NCBI GenBank assembly: GCA_023378805.1
Contig: JAMCSQ010000019.1
Coordinates: forward strand, 11,738-75,737
DNA from: Candidatus Parvarchaeota archaeon
GTDB lineage: Archaea > Nanobdellota > Nanobdellia > Parvarchaeales > Parvarchaeaceae
DNA: 64,000 bases
Direction of reading: 5' to 3'
Shown piece after piece: positions 38,639-48,138 of this stretch. Below the pieces are notes generated by a model. That model was given only the letters and a program-made list of their open reading frames with translations. It was not told the DNA's origin and did no database searches. Within the stretch, counting starts at the first letter, position 1, and the number at the start of each line of letters is the position of its first letter. The position numbers and the translations under genes were made by a program.

Positions 38639-39116
38639 AGAAAACTTCCTTAGGTATAAGTTCCTTTATATCTTTATTTTTTATGTCTTCCCTCATCAAA
38701 TTCTTTACAGCGCTCTCATTCAATTTATCGAGGGAAAACAGTTTGTCTATAAACTCTATGCCTTTAGAATGCTTGTAACTTAAATCTATGAAATTGACAT
38801 AAAATGAAAGATACTCCTTGCTAAACACGTCTAAGGTACCCATGATTTTTTCTTTATTCGAAGAAAAAAGCTTGTCTGACAGGTAGAATATAGTATCTGT
38901 ATAGTAATACTGACTAAGGGTATTTACTGCCTTTTCATAAAATAATTTTTTATACGGTTCTTTTAGGGTTCTCCCATAAAGAGTTATATTCTCAGCTAAC
39001 TTCTCACTGTTAACTCCAACATCCGAAAGCTCTCTTTCTAATGCAGAAATCCTTGAGCTAGATATCCCAGATTTAGAAAGTTCGGTCCTGAACAGATATT
39101 TCCTTTTATCTCTCAT
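38625..39116 (-). CDS. Hypothetical protein
   Basis: 163 aa, helical and Lys/Glu-rich. No motif recognised. Confidence 0.3.
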   Translation of the reverse strand: MRDKRKYLFRTELSKSGISSSRISALERELSDVGVNSEKLAENITLYGRTLKEPYKKLFYEKAVNTLSQYYYTDTIFYLSDKLFSSNKEKIMGTLDVFSKEYLSFYVNFIDLSYKHSKGIEFIDKLFSLDKLNESAVKNLMREDIKNKDIKELIPKEVFSSIY

Positions 39117-39211
39117 TTTTTTATATGAATAGAAGTAATATAAATACTTTTAATATAAAAAATACGCTGATGCAAAAAATTGCAATTAAAAAATAATAAT
39201 TTAATTATTAT

Positions 39212-39280
39212 TCAATCCGAGCATCCGCAGCCACAATCACAGCCACATCCACACTTTTCTTCCTTTTTTTCTTCTGCCAT
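39212..39280 (-). CDS. Unannotated 22-codon cysteine-repeat peptide MAEEKKEEKCGCGCDCGCGCSD (metallothionein-like), putative
   Basis: ATG at 39280 (minus strand) to TGA at 39212. Below the ORF-track length cut-off. A GC-rich (TGYGGM)n island sits in an AT-rich spacer. A TTTATAA box ends 23 nt upstream of the ATG, which is leaderless archaeal promoter geometry. Confidence 0.3.
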   Translation of the reverse strand: MAEEKKEEKCGCGCDCGCGCSD

Positions 39281-39311
39281 ACCTCTTAAAGCAAACTCTT
39301 GTCTTATAAAG

Positions 39312-40916
39312 TTAACTATTATTTTTCACGGCATTCAAAAAAGACAAAAATAATGGAGAGGGCGATTCTATTCTCGATTTTAGTTCAGGATGAGCTTGCG
39401 TAGCAATACCAAAACCACTTGGCCATTCTATTATCTCAGCTAATTTGTTGTCTTTAGTCGTTGCAGTTATCTTTAAACCGTTCTTTTCAAGAATTTTTCT
39501 GAATTTGTTGTTAAGCTCGTACCTGTGCCTGTGTCTTTCCGATATGACCTTACTATGATAGGAAGAAAAGGCTATTGAGCCCTTGTCCTTTATGACTAGA
39601 TCCCATGCGCCCAATCGCATTGTCCCCCCCTTCTGTTTTACCGATATCTGTGAAGGCAGAATATCAATTATATTATATTTTGTATAGGGATCAAACTCTG
39701 TTGAATTTGCCCTTTTTAAATCGCATACATCTCTCGCAAATTCCACGGCCATAAGCTGCATTCCCAAACATAACCCCAAGTAAGGTACGCCTTTCTCTCT
39801 TGCATACTTTATTGCAGATATCATACCTTCTATACCCCTCTTTCCAAAACCACCAGGAACTATAATACCCTCAATGCCTTTTAATATGCTTTCTGGATTT
39901 GACTTTTCAAGCAACTCAGATTCTATCCATTTTACATTGAGATTAACTGATAACTTGCCAGCAGCATGCATTAAAGCTTCTCTAACGCTTACATAGGAAT
40001 CCTTAAGTTCTATGTATTTCCCAACTACTGCTATAGTTACTGTTTTGCCGCCGTTGCTTATTATTTTATCCACATTGTTTCTCCATTTTTCAAGTTTTTT
40101 CAGGTTTATCTTTTTCTTAGGCAAATTAAAAGCTTGTAAAAGAAGTTTATCAAAAGCTTGGTCTATCAGATACTGTGGCAATTGGTAGGGAGAATCCATA
40201 TCTGGATCATTTATCACTCTGCTTTCATCCAGACTTGTAAACATTGCAAGCTTCTTTTTGACACCTTCGCTCATTTCTCCGTCTGTTCTACATATTAAAA
40301 ACTGTGGGATTATGCCCATTCCCATTAAGGTCCTAAATGCAGACTGAGTCGGCTTGCTTTTCTGCTCCCCAACAGTCTTTAATCTCGGCACATAGGTAAC
40401 ATCAACAAATACTACTTGTTCCTTAAGTGAAAGCTGCCTCATGGCTTCTATAAAATAACCGTTTTCAATATCCCCTACGGTTCCACCGACTTCTATTACA
40501 ACAAAATCCAAATTGTTTTTAACTGCAAAATCCTTTACTTTTTCCTGTATCTGATTTGTAAGGTGTGGTATTACCTGAACATCTTCCCCTAAATATTCTC
40601 CTTTCCTTTCTTTCTCAATTATTTCTCCAAAAAGCTTTCCTCCTGTGATAGAAGAACTACTAGTAAGACTGCGATTTAGGAATCGTTCATATGTACCGAA
40701 ATCCATATCTACCTCTCCCTTATCATCTAACACAAAGACTTCTCCATGCCTGTAAGGGTTCATCGTGCCGCAGTCATAGTTTAAGTATCCGTCAAATTTT
40801 ATTGGGAGAACTTTAAAATCATAAATATCGAGTATTTTCATTATAGAAGATGATACTACTCCCTTACCTAAACCACTCATTATTGACCCAAGTACTACTA
40901 TGAACTTTGCTGGCAT
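39312..40916 (-). CDS. pyrG: CTP synthase
   Basis: N-terminal synthetase P-loop VVLGSIMSGLGKGVVSSSI. Glutamine amidotransferase triad with GLCLGMQ. 534 aa. Confidence 0.95.
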   Translation of the reverse strand: MPAKFIVVLGSIMSGLGKGVVSSSIMKILDIYDFKVLPIKFDGYLNYDCGTMNPYRHGEVFVLDDKGEVDMDFGTYERFLNRSLTSSSSITGGKLFGEIIEKERKGEYLGEDVQVIPHLTNQIQEKVKDFAVKNNLDFVVIEVGGTVGDIENGYFIEAMRQLSLKEQVVFVDVTYVPRLKTVGEQKSKPTQSAFRTLMGMGIIPQFLICRTDGEMSEGVKKKLAMFTSLDESRVINDPDMDSPYQLPQYLIDQAFDKLLLQAFNLPKKKINLKKLEKWRNNVDKIISNGGKTVTIAVVGKYIELKDSYVSVREALMHAAGKLSVNLNVKWIESELLEKSNPESILKGIEGIIVPGGFGKRGIEGMISAIKYAREKGVPYLGLCLGMQLMAVEFARDVCDLKRANSTEFDPYTKYNIIDILPSQISVKQKGGTMRLGAWDLVIKDKGSIAFSSYHSKVISERHRHRYELNNKFRKILEKNGLKITATTKDNKLAEIIEWPSGFGIATQAHPELKSRIESPSPLFLSFLNAVKNNS

Positions 40917-40981
40917 TTAATTTAACTTATTTTGCACTTTTATATTTTTCCTTGTTAATATCCATATTAAAAAAAGAAAAA

Positions 40982-41617
40982 TCAAATGAAACCAAGCCAA
41001 AGAAGAAGTATGCCTATAAATTCAGAGTAATATAAAAACGCGGGAAAATGAGCGATGTAAAGAGAACCGGCTATGCTTACTATCACAACCCCGGCTATTA
41101 TTGAAAGCATTTTCTTGTTAGAAGTTTTTCTGTAGGATATTACTGCTACGGCTATAAGTATTGCCGCTGCAGGAAATGTCATTATTGATGAAGAGATTAC
41201 TACAAGAGTAGGAAGCACCCCAAATACGACATAATTTGTAAGCACATTGCCTATGTTTGATACTATCAACGAGTATACGACAAACACTGCGGATAAAATG
41301 AAAAATATGCTGTAATAATTGAGAATTTTCCTGTTTTTTAGCAATGCTGTAGAACCAAGAGCCAAAAAACTAACCAAAAATGCAACTGCAGCGAGATAAG
41401 ATTTTATCAAAAAAGCATTATATATGTTAAAAGAGAAAAGAACTTCAAGTAAAACTCCTATTCCGAACAGCCAAAGCCCAATTGACCAGTAAAGCTGGCT
41501 CTTTCCCTTCTTTTTTAGAAATTTGTAAGTCATTAATGATGCTAACGGTACAGTTAAAAGAAATATAAGGATTGTCGAAAACTCGATGAAAAGCTCACTG
41601 GAAAATATGCTTGACAT
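40982..41617 (-). CDS. Hypothetical polytopic membrane protein
   Basis: 211 aa with 6-7 TM helices. No motif recognised. Confidence 0.35.
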   Translation of the reverse strand: MSSIFSSELFIEFSTILIFLLTVPLASLMTYKFLKKKGKSQLYWSIGLWLFGIGVLLEVLFSFNIYNAFLIKSYLAAVAFLVSFLALGSTALLKNRKILNYYSIFFILSAVFVVYSLIVSNIGNVLTNYVVFGVLPTLVVISSSIMTFPAAAILIAVAVISYRKTSNKKMLSIIAGVVIVSIAGSLYIAHFPAFLYYSEFIGILLLWLGFI

Positions 41618-41647
41618 TTATTTTTATAGGTTTTATCCTATTTAAAA

Positions 41648-42520
41648 TTATATGAAAAAAACAAGAGATAAAAGAACTGCTACAACTGCTATGAATATAT
41701 TATCGTCGATTGGGCTGAATCTTTCAGCTAATGAAAGAATAAATGCAAAAATAACACCAAATAATCCGAAAAGGATAACTCCAGGAATCAAAGAAGAGAT
41801 GAAAAAAGCTGTGCTCCCACTAATAGATTTTCTGCCGGGTTTTTTGAGTATTCTCAAGCCCACTACAGTGGCTATCGGATCTGAAATCAACAAAGAAAAA
41901 AGACTGAAAAAGAGAAAATCAAATCTATTTATAAATCCCAACAGTAAAACGGCACCAGCTGACATGGCTATTGCTCCAGAACCAAATATTACTCCATCCC
42001 TTTCAAGCAGCTTTACTAACTTCTTCATTTTTACACCATAAACATATATAATGTGTGCTACCAGGATGCCTAAAAAAACTAATGCCAATAATACCTGCTT
42101 GTAAGAGAAGACAAGAATTGAAAGGAATATGCCTCCTATCAAAATCTGGACCAAATCCCTTCTTATCTCCAGTTTACTACTTATATTGACGTTTTTTATC
42201 GCTAATTTCCTTATAAAAAGTGATTGGATAATTAGACTTATAGAAATTATTTCAAAAGAAAATTTAATTGGAAATACTCCAGAAAATACAACTACTAAAA
42301 GAGCTGTAAATACGAAGTAAAAATAATATCTACGTGAGGTATAAGCCAATAGAAGCAAGGAAGAAAGCGCTGCAATTGGCATAGCATAATAATAAAAGTA
42401 AATGCTATGAAGCAAAAAATAAACCAGATAAGAAAATGAAAAAGAAAAGACAAATATAAGGAAATTATTTGTTTTCATGGCATTAAAGAAGAGAGAACTC
42501 CCTATCTTTTTTATAAGCAA
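41648..42520 (-). CDS. Polyprenol/dolichol-kinase-like (COG0170-type, CTP-dependent) membrane protein, tentative; true start probably Met at ~42478
   Basis: Polytopic. The C-terminal block LKKPGRKSISGSTAFFISS resembles the G-x-K-[ST]-x-E/S-G-S-x-A-F motif of Sec59/phytol-kinase-type enzymes. The 5' 38-nt overlap with the P-type ATPase disappears if the internal Met is used. Confidence 0.3.
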   Translation of the reverse strand: MLIKKIGSSLFFNAMKTNNFLIFVFSFSFSYLVYFLLHSIYFYYYAMPIAALSSLLLLAYTSRRYYFYFVFTALLVVVFSGVFPIKFSFEIISISLIIQSLFIRKLAIKNVNISSKLEIRRDLVQILIGGIFLSILVFSYKQVLLALVFLGILVAHIIYVYGVKMKKLVKLLERDGVIFGSGAIAMSAGAVLLLGFINRFDFLFFSLFSLLISDPIATVVGLRILKKPGRKSISGSTAFFISSLIPGVILFGLFGVIFAFILSLAERFSPIDDNIFIAVVAVLLSLVFFI

Positions 42521-44897
42521 ATATTTTGACTATATCTGTTATCAAAAGAAAAATAACTGCAGTAGCTCCTATCAATACCATATAAAGTGTGCTTATACTT
42601 GACATCAATATTCCAAATCTTGCTATTACAAATGTTATTATAATAGCTAGAACTATTTGCAGTATAACCGGTATGCTTGGTCTAGAATGGAAAAATCTTC
42701 TTCTAGACCGTATAGATAGAAGAAGCGCTTCTATAGAAAATATAAATGCAACAAACATGAATGTTTCAAATGAAGTATGATTTAAGTGAAAATAAAACAG
42801 TCCAAAGTAAGCCAACAAAGAAACCTCAAATATAGCCATTGCACCGAAAAGAATAGACGCGAAGAATATTGCTTTTATGTCCCAAGCATCTGGTTTCTTA
42901 GAATAACTTTCCTTATCTGTTGATAATGCTATACTTCCAATATCATTTATGAATATCATTAAAATAAGTTGTATCGCTCTTATAGGTAGGAACCTAAGTA
43001 TTATGAATGCTATTGACAGGAAAAATGCTATCTGAAATATCCTAGCAACCTTATTTAAGGTATAGCTTATCATTCTTTCGAATATAGACCGACTTTCTTT
43101 TACAGCATTCACTATCGGCTCTATTCCTGGAGAGGTTAGAACTATAGTTGCTGCACTTTTTGCAACATCAGTTGCGTTTGAAACGGCTATACCTACCTCT
43201 GCCTGCTTTAAGGCAGGAGCATCATTTACTCCATCTCCCGTCATACCAACATGATAACCTGCATCCTGCAATGCCTTTACTATTGTATATTTGTCTTTTG
43301 GGAATACTCCTGCAAAACCATCGTGTTCTATAACTAACTTTGAAAGTGTTTTTTCATCCAAGCCCTCTAAAGCCTTGACATCGAGTATTTTCTCACCTAT
43401 TCCAACATCTTTGGCGATTTCCTTTGCAGTATCAATGTTGTCTCCGGTAAGCATCTTTGTCTTTATTCCAAGTGCCTTAAGCTCTTCTATAAGTTTTTTA
43501 CTATCCGATCTTGGTTTATCATTTAAGGGGATTATACCTACAAAAGACCATTCCTTTCTGTCATTTAATTTAGCTGCTACTGCGATAGTACGGTAGCCTT
43601 TTAATGACATCTCCTTTATTTTAGCGTTAATTTTTTTTATTTCTGAACTGTCTAAAGAGCATCTCTTTATTACAATGGCAGGAAACCCTTTAATGGCAGA
43701 CATTTTTTTACCATTTAATATGACATCTGCCTGTGACATTTTTGTAGAAGGGTTAAACGGCGTGAATTTTATCAGTTTGTAATTTAATTCCAGGTTTTTA
43801 GTATCATATTTTTTTAGACCTTCTATTATTGCATTGTCTATTTCATCGTTATCTTCTCTTCTAGATGCAATAGCTCCATAAAAAAGAGCCTCCTGTGCTG
43901 AAAATTTTCCATAGCCAAATGGATCAGAAACTGAAAGTTGGTTGCCTGTTATTGTTCCTGTTTTATCTAGGCAGACCACATTCATAGTAGATGCCTCTTC
44001 AATTGCTTCCAGCTTTGTCACAAGAATGTTCTTTGATGACAATCTTTCAGTACCGTATGCCATTGCAACTGTAAATGCCGCAGGCAATCCAACAGGCACT
44101 GACACTAGAAGGATAAGAAGAGAGAATGGAACTATTGTAAGCAAATTTATGTGTGATAGATAAGAAGCTATAAAAACCGCAGTTATAAGGAGTAGATCAA
44201 TATATATGAGATATTTAAGCAGCTTAAAAATATCATTTTCTAAATGCATCCTACCGCTGGCTATCCTTACAAGATCCGCCGTTTTCCCAAAAGAAGTGTC
44301 CTTTCCAGTCTTTAAAACAAGAGCCGTAGCTTCTCCTTCTCTTACAGTTGAGGATGAAAAGATAGTCTCTCCTTCCTTCCTGTCCACAGGCAGAGATTCC
44401 CCAGTCAGCATTGACTGGTCAACTGAAAGATAGTCTCCTTCTATTATAACACAATCTGCAGGAACTATATCTCCAAGCCTTATCCTTATTATATCTCCAG
44501 GCACGAGTAATTTTGCAGGTATTTTTTTCCATTGATCATTTCTCTGGACGTTAACGTTTACGGACAGTTTATTCTTTAAAAGCTCTAGGGTATTATCCGC
44601 TTTGAATTCCTCCAGAAAACCCGCTATAGCATTAAACAAAAGGAGACTTATAACTATGTACGCATCTATGCTTTTCCCAAGAATAAATGAGATTATTATA
44701 ACAATGAAAAGCATTAATGGTATTGGGCCCCAGAATTTTAATAGAAACTTTTTTATTGGATTTACTTTTTTGCTTGCAATTTCATTATACCCATATTTTT
44801 TTAGCCTTTCAGCTGCTTCTTTTTCCGAAAGTCCGTTCTTGCTAGAGGATAATTTTCTGAATTGCTCTTCTTTTGTTATCTCTACGTCTTTCCCCAT
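42483..44897 (-). CDS. Cation-transporting P-type ATPase (type II/III, PMA1-like)
   Basis: Phosphorylation site CLDKTGTIT. TGES motif in LTGESLPV. Nucleotide-binding MLTGDN. Hinge TGDGVNDAPAL. The N-terminal GLSEKEAAERLKKYGYNEI is typical of type-III H+-ATPases. 10 TM helices. Confidence 0.9.
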   Translation of the reverse strand: MGKDVEITKEEQFRKLSSSKNGLSEKEAAERLKKYGYNEIASKKVNPIKKFLLKFWGPIPLMLFIVIIISFILGKSIDAYIVISLLLFNAIAGFLEEFKADNTLELLKNKLSVNVNVQRNDQWKKIPAKLLVPGDIIRIRLGDIVPADCVIIEGDYLSVDQSMLTGESLPVDRKEGETIFSSSTVREGEATALVLKTGKDTSFGKTADLVRIASGRMHLENDIFKLLKYLIYIDLLLITAVFIASYLSHINLLTIVPFSLLILLVSVPVGLPAAFTVAMAYGTERLSSKNILVTKLEAIEEASTMNVVCLDKTGTITGNQLSVSDPFGYGKFSAQEALFYGAIASRREDNDEIDNAIIEGLKKYDTKNLELNYKLIKFTPFNPSTKMSQADVILNGKKMSAIKGFPAIVIKRCSLDSSEIKKINAKIKEMSLKGYRTIAVAAKLNDRKEWSFVGIIPLNDKPRSDSKKLIEELKALGIKTKMLTGDNIDTAKEIAKDVGIGEKILDVKALEGLDEKTLSKLVIEHDGFAGVFPKDKYTIVKALQDAGYHVGMTGDGVNDAPALKQAEVGIAVSNATDVAKSAATIVLTSPGIEPIVNAVKESRSIFERMISYTLNKVARIFQIAFFLSIAFIILRFLPIRAIQLILMIFINDIGSIALSTDKESYSKKPDAWDIKAIFFASILFGAMAIFEVSLLAYFGLFYFHLNHTSFETFMFVAFIFSIEALLLSIRSRRRFFHSRPSIPVILQIVLAIIITFVIARFGILMSSISTLYMVLIGATAVIFLLITDIVKIFAYKKDREFSLL

Positions 44898-44898
44898 A

Positions 44899-45459
44899 TT
44901 AATCGCTTATTAAACCTATAAAAAGTTTGTCATCGCCTTTGAATTTTTTCTCGCCTGGAAGTCTTAAAAAGAGATATACTACCTTCCCATTAAAGACGAA
45001 ACGTAAGGGGGGAGAATATGGATAAAATTCTTTCTTAAAAAGCTTATCATAACTAACAGTTATTTCTGAGATTGATTTCTTTTCAACTCTCATAATAAGG
45101 GTATCAAGTTTTTTGTTGTAGAATTCTATGCTTTCCTGTGTTATCTCAACGAAGCCAGAATGCTTATGTAATGGTCTCATTGAACTTCTACTGACCCTCG
45201 CAATAACCTTTTTATGTAGACTTAATTCCAACAACTCCTTTCTGTATATCCATACGGCTTCAAACAAACCAAGCCCTCTTTTCAAGGAGTCATTTATAAA
45301 TTTCATCCTAGGAGTTTCTCCGCGGAATATATCTACTATGTTTAGTATATTCTTGTCAACTGAAACGCTTGCATTTTCCTTTGCCAGATTTTTACTGTAA
45401 AACATAGATAAAATGGATTTAACGGCCGTGAACATATCATTATGTTGCCTTCGATTCAT
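44899..45459 (-). CDS. Hypothetical protein
   Basis: 186-aa soluble protein. Not Spt5/NusG-like: no KOW motif. Confidence 0.35.
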   Translation of the reverse strand: MNRRQHNDMFTAVKSILSMFYSKNLAKENASVSVDKNILNIVDIFRGETPRMKFINDSLKRGLGLFEAVWIYRKELLELSLHKKVIARVSRSSMRPLHKHSGFVEITQESIEFYNKKLDTLIMRVEKKSISEITVSYDKLFKKEFYPYSPPLRFVFNGKVVYLFLRLPGEKKFKGDDKLFIGLISD

Positions 45460-45523
45460 TTATAGTTTATTATTTGCTTAATTTACTGACAGTAAAAAAT
45501 AATTTTTAGTTTTCTTCTAGGAC

Positions 45524-45997
45524 TCAGATAACCTGAATTATCATCTGGATTATAAACCCAAGCACACCTATTATGAAAGTTCCTATAACAACCATTATTG
45601 AAAGTTCCTTGAACTCCTGCTTTGTAGGTTTTCTTGCAAGATGAAGTATCCTACTGTATTCAAATCTATAATGCTCCAGCTTTGCCTTTATATTCATAGG
45701 ATGAGCTTTTTTAATCGCATTTTTTACATGATATAAATGGAACCTTCTTTTCTTTATATTTGACTTTTCTTCTTTACTACTACCAGATACATTGCTTTGT
45801 ACAACTGTTTCTGCAGGCTTTTTCTGATCTGTATCCTGAGCTCCATTTTTAGTAGTATTAGAATTTTTCTGCTCCATTATCTTTTCGGTATGCTCAAAGG
45901 TATCTGCAGGCCTCGTATCGTTTTTTATTACTTTTTCCTGCTTATCTAAATTGCCCAGATTGGCATCTGCTAGACTCTTATTTTCATCCATAATCAA
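45524..45997 (-). CDS. secE: Protein translocase subunit SecE/Sec61-gamma (C-terminal ~57 aa); long N-terminal extension of uncertain reality
   Basis: The C-terminus MNIKAKLEHYRFEYSRILHLARKPTKQEFKELSIMVVIGTFIIGVLGFIIQMI matches the archaeal SecE pattern: amphipathic helix, then KPxxxEF, then a TM segment. Sits immediately downstream of ftsZ, the conserved archaeal ftsZ-secE arrangement. An ATGA 4-nt overlap with the ftsZ stop is present. Confidence 0.55.
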   Translation of the reverse strand: MIMDENKSLADANLGNLDKQEKVIKNDTRPADTFEHTEKIMEQKNSNTTKNGAQDTDQKKPAETVVQSNVSGSSKEEKSNIKKRRFHLYHVKNAIKKAHPMNIKAKLEHYRFEYSRILHLARKPTKQEFKELSIMVVIGTFIIGVLGFIIQMIIQVI

Positions 45998-47121
45998 CTT
46001 AGAAAAGTTATCCCCAATTCATCTTCAACTTCCTGTTTCTCCTTTAACTGTTGGTCCTCTGCTATAGATTTCCCACTTATCTGTTTAGAAGTTACTCCTG
46101 TTATTATGGCCAAAACCTTTACGGTGTTCTTTAAATCCGGGAATATGTGCGCACCCCATATTATGTTTATGTCATCAGGTAGTTTCTGGCCTATAAGATC
46201 AACTAATTTGTTTGCTTCTTCAAGTGTAAGCGAAGGCCCTCCACTTACGTCTATAAGCATCCCTCTTGCAGTTGAAACATCAACATCTATGAGCGGATTA
46301 TTAAGCACTTTCTCTACAACTGTTTCAAGTTTCTTGTCTTTTGCATCACTTTCCCCAGTTCCTATAAGCGCTACTCCTCCATTAGACATTATCCTCTTTA
46401 CATCTGCAAAATCAACGTTTATTAAACCGGGTTTCGTTATCAACTCAGTTATCCCCTTAACTGCATTTGTAAGAACATCATCTGCTATCTTCAATGCTAT
46501 AGGCAGCGGTAACCCCGGGGCAATCGCCATGAGCTTTTCATTGGGAACGGTTATCAATGTATCTACTGTATTCTTAAGTTTTTCCACACCATTCAGCGCA
46601 GAGTTCATTCTTCTTCTGCCCTCTGCCTTAAATGGCAAAGTAACAACTGCTATAGTAAGTGCGTTTATTTTCTTTGAAACCGATGCAACAACCGGCGCTG
46701 CACCAGTACCTGTTCCACCGCCCATACCGCAACATATAAAAACTAAATCTGCACCTTGAAGAGCTTCCTTAAGTTCCTGCTCCTGCTCTTTTGCCGCAGC
46801 CTCACCAACTGCAGGGTCCGCGCCAGCGCCTAACCCATTTGTTAATTCCTTTCCTATAAGTATCTTTTTATCAGCAGGAGTACAAAGAAGATCTGCAGCA
46901 TCAGTATTAACTGCTATGAACTCCGCTCCTTTTATACCAACTTCAAACATTCTGTTAAGAGTATTGTTTCCGGATCCGCCTACACCGACTACTTTTATAT
47001 TTGCCCTTCTTGATGCTATTAATTCTTCTAAGGACTTGTCAAATTCTTTAGTTTTGCTAGCATCGTACTTCATCCCTTTTATTCCCTGACTAAGTGAATT
47101 ATTCATTTGCATATCATCCAT
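45994..47121 (-). CDS. ftsZ: Cell division GTPase FtsZ (paralogue 1)
   Basis: Tubulin signature GGGTGTGAAPVVA. The VGVGGSGNN start of the GTP-binding domain is present. T7 loop region. 375 aa. Confidence 0.95.
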   Translation of the reverse strand: MDDMQMNNSLSQGIKGMKYDASKTKEFDKSLEELIASRRANIKVVGVGGSGNNTLNRMFEVGIKGAEFIAVNTDAADLLCTPADKKILIGKELTNGLGAGADPAVGEAAAKEQEQELKEALQGADLVFICCGMGGGTGTGAAPVVASVSKKINALTIAVVTLPFKAEGRRRMNSALNGVEKLKNTVDTLITVPNEKLMAIAPGLPLPIALKIADDVLTNAVKGITELITKPGLINVDFADVKRIMSNGGVALIGTGESDAKDKKLETVVEKVLNNPLIDVDVSTARGMLIDVSGGPSLTLEEANKLVDLIGQKLPDDINIIWGAHIFPDLKNTVKVLAIITGVTSKQISGKSIAEDQQLKEKQEVEDELGITFLS

Positions 47122-47169
47122 AAGTTTACCTCAATAGATTAATCATTTTGGATTATATATAAATATCTC

Positions 47170-47817
47170 CTAATCCTTTAATATCTCAGTTTTAATCTTC
47201 TTGTTGATGTATTTGCTTATATCCATCGCTATACTGTCCTTTATGTAAGGTTTAACCTCCTCTTTTGTGTGTATTTTTACAGTTTCATTGTCAATATCCG
47301 TACTTTCTGGTTTTTTGCCGGTGTAATGCTCAAATATTGCAGAATACTTCTCTTTCTCGTCTTCTATTATTGAAACTATCTCAATTTCATATCTAAGTTC
47401 CTTTCCAGCCAATGGATGATTGTAACTTACGAGCACCCTGCCACTGCTTATTGCTAAGACCGTGGCCATTTTATCGTCTAAAAGGACCATATCCCCTACA
47501 GAAGGATTAATATTATTGCTTCTAAATACTGATATCCCGTATGTTTTTATAAGCCTTTTATCAAACTCCCCAAATCCGTCTTTTGGCTGCACAGTTATCT
47601 CATATTTATCTCCTTGGTTCTTTCCTACAACCGAATCGGAGATAACTTTCAGTATATAATTTCCGCCAGGGATGACAAGAACAGGCGAAAAATTATAATC
47701 TCCTTTTATGCTCTCTTTTTCCGCCGTTTTTTTATCTGTTAGATCAAATATCTGACCGGTAGAAGTTATTCTCCCTATAAAATTTATCATTACAAAATCA
47801 TTTTCCTTAATCATCAC
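47170..47817 (-). CDS. FKBP-type peptidyl-prolyl cis-trans isomerase (long archaeal FKBP with IF/chaperone insert)
   Basis: Begins IKENDFVMINFIGRITSTGQIFDLT, the typical archaeal FKBP N-terminus. The FKBP core is followed by a C-terminal extension. Confidence 0.8.
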   Translation of the reverse strand: MMIKENDFVMINFIGRITSTGQIFDLTDKKTAEKESIKGDYNFSPVLVIPGGNYILKVISDSVVGKNQGDKYEITVQPKDGFGEFDKRLIKTYGISVFRSNNINPSVGDMVLLDDKMATVLAISSGRVLVSYNHPLAGKELRYEIEIVSIIEDEKEKYSAIFEHYTGKKPESTDIDNETVKIHTKEEVKPYIKDSIAMDISKYINKKIKTEILKD

Positions 47818-48086
47818 TGCCTCCTCATCTCAATTGATATGAATGAAACATTTCTTTTCTTTCCTTCTTTATCCGCGAGCTCTTCAGTCCCTATTTCAAT
47901 GCCAGAAACTTTAAGATCCTTCATGAATTTGTGCATCGTAACCTGTGAGATATCGACCGCAGTAGAGATTGATAAGCCCCTTGCCTTTATTACAACCTGA
48001 TTATTGCCAGAGTTTAAATGAGTAAGTATGGCCATTACATATGACATTATCGGTTTTTTCCCTACAAATATTATATCATTTTCCAT
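47814..48086 (-). CDS. albA: DNA/RNA-binding protein Alba
   Basis: NDIIFVGKKPIMSYVMAILTHLNSGNNQVVIKARGLSISTAVDISQV matches the Alba consensus N-x-I-x-VG-x-KP-x-M-x-YV...IKARG-x-AIS-x-AVD. 90 aa. Confidence 0.9.
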   Translation of the reverse strand: MENDIIFVGKKPIMSYVMAILTHLNSGNNQVVIKARGLSISTAVDISQVTMHKFMKDLKVSGIEIGTEELADKEGKKRNVSFISIEMRRQ

Positions 48087-48138
48087 AATTCTATTTTTTA
48101 AATTTATATGTATATAAGCATTTATATTTTGCTTAATA

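Noticed and set aside
39117-39211. Very AT-rich spacer (aaaaataataatttaattattatt) as a possible ncRNA
   Set aside because: No stem-loop or conserved box is recognisable. It is more likely the 3' UTR/terminator T/A-tracts of the peptide gene and the promoter of the downstream gene.
43148-44913. Multiple plus-strand ORFs (61-103 aa) within the P-type ATPase gene, and 42589..42780
   Set aside because: They are antisense to a gene with DKTGT, TGES and GDGVNDAPAL motifs.
45128-45400. 90-aa plus-strand ORF within the 44899..45459 hypothetical gene
   Set aside because: It is the antisense overlap of a longer ORF, with a Leu/Ser-rich low-complexity product.
46106-46759. 217-aa plus-strand ORF inside ftsZ1. 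The analogous 172-aa ORF at 58284..58802 lies inside ftsZ2.
   Set aside because: Both are antisense to the Gly/Ala-rich GGGTGTGAAP tubulin region, whose reverse complement is stop-poor. They translate to low-complexity S/P/A-rich products. The FtsZ frames carry unmistakable motifs.
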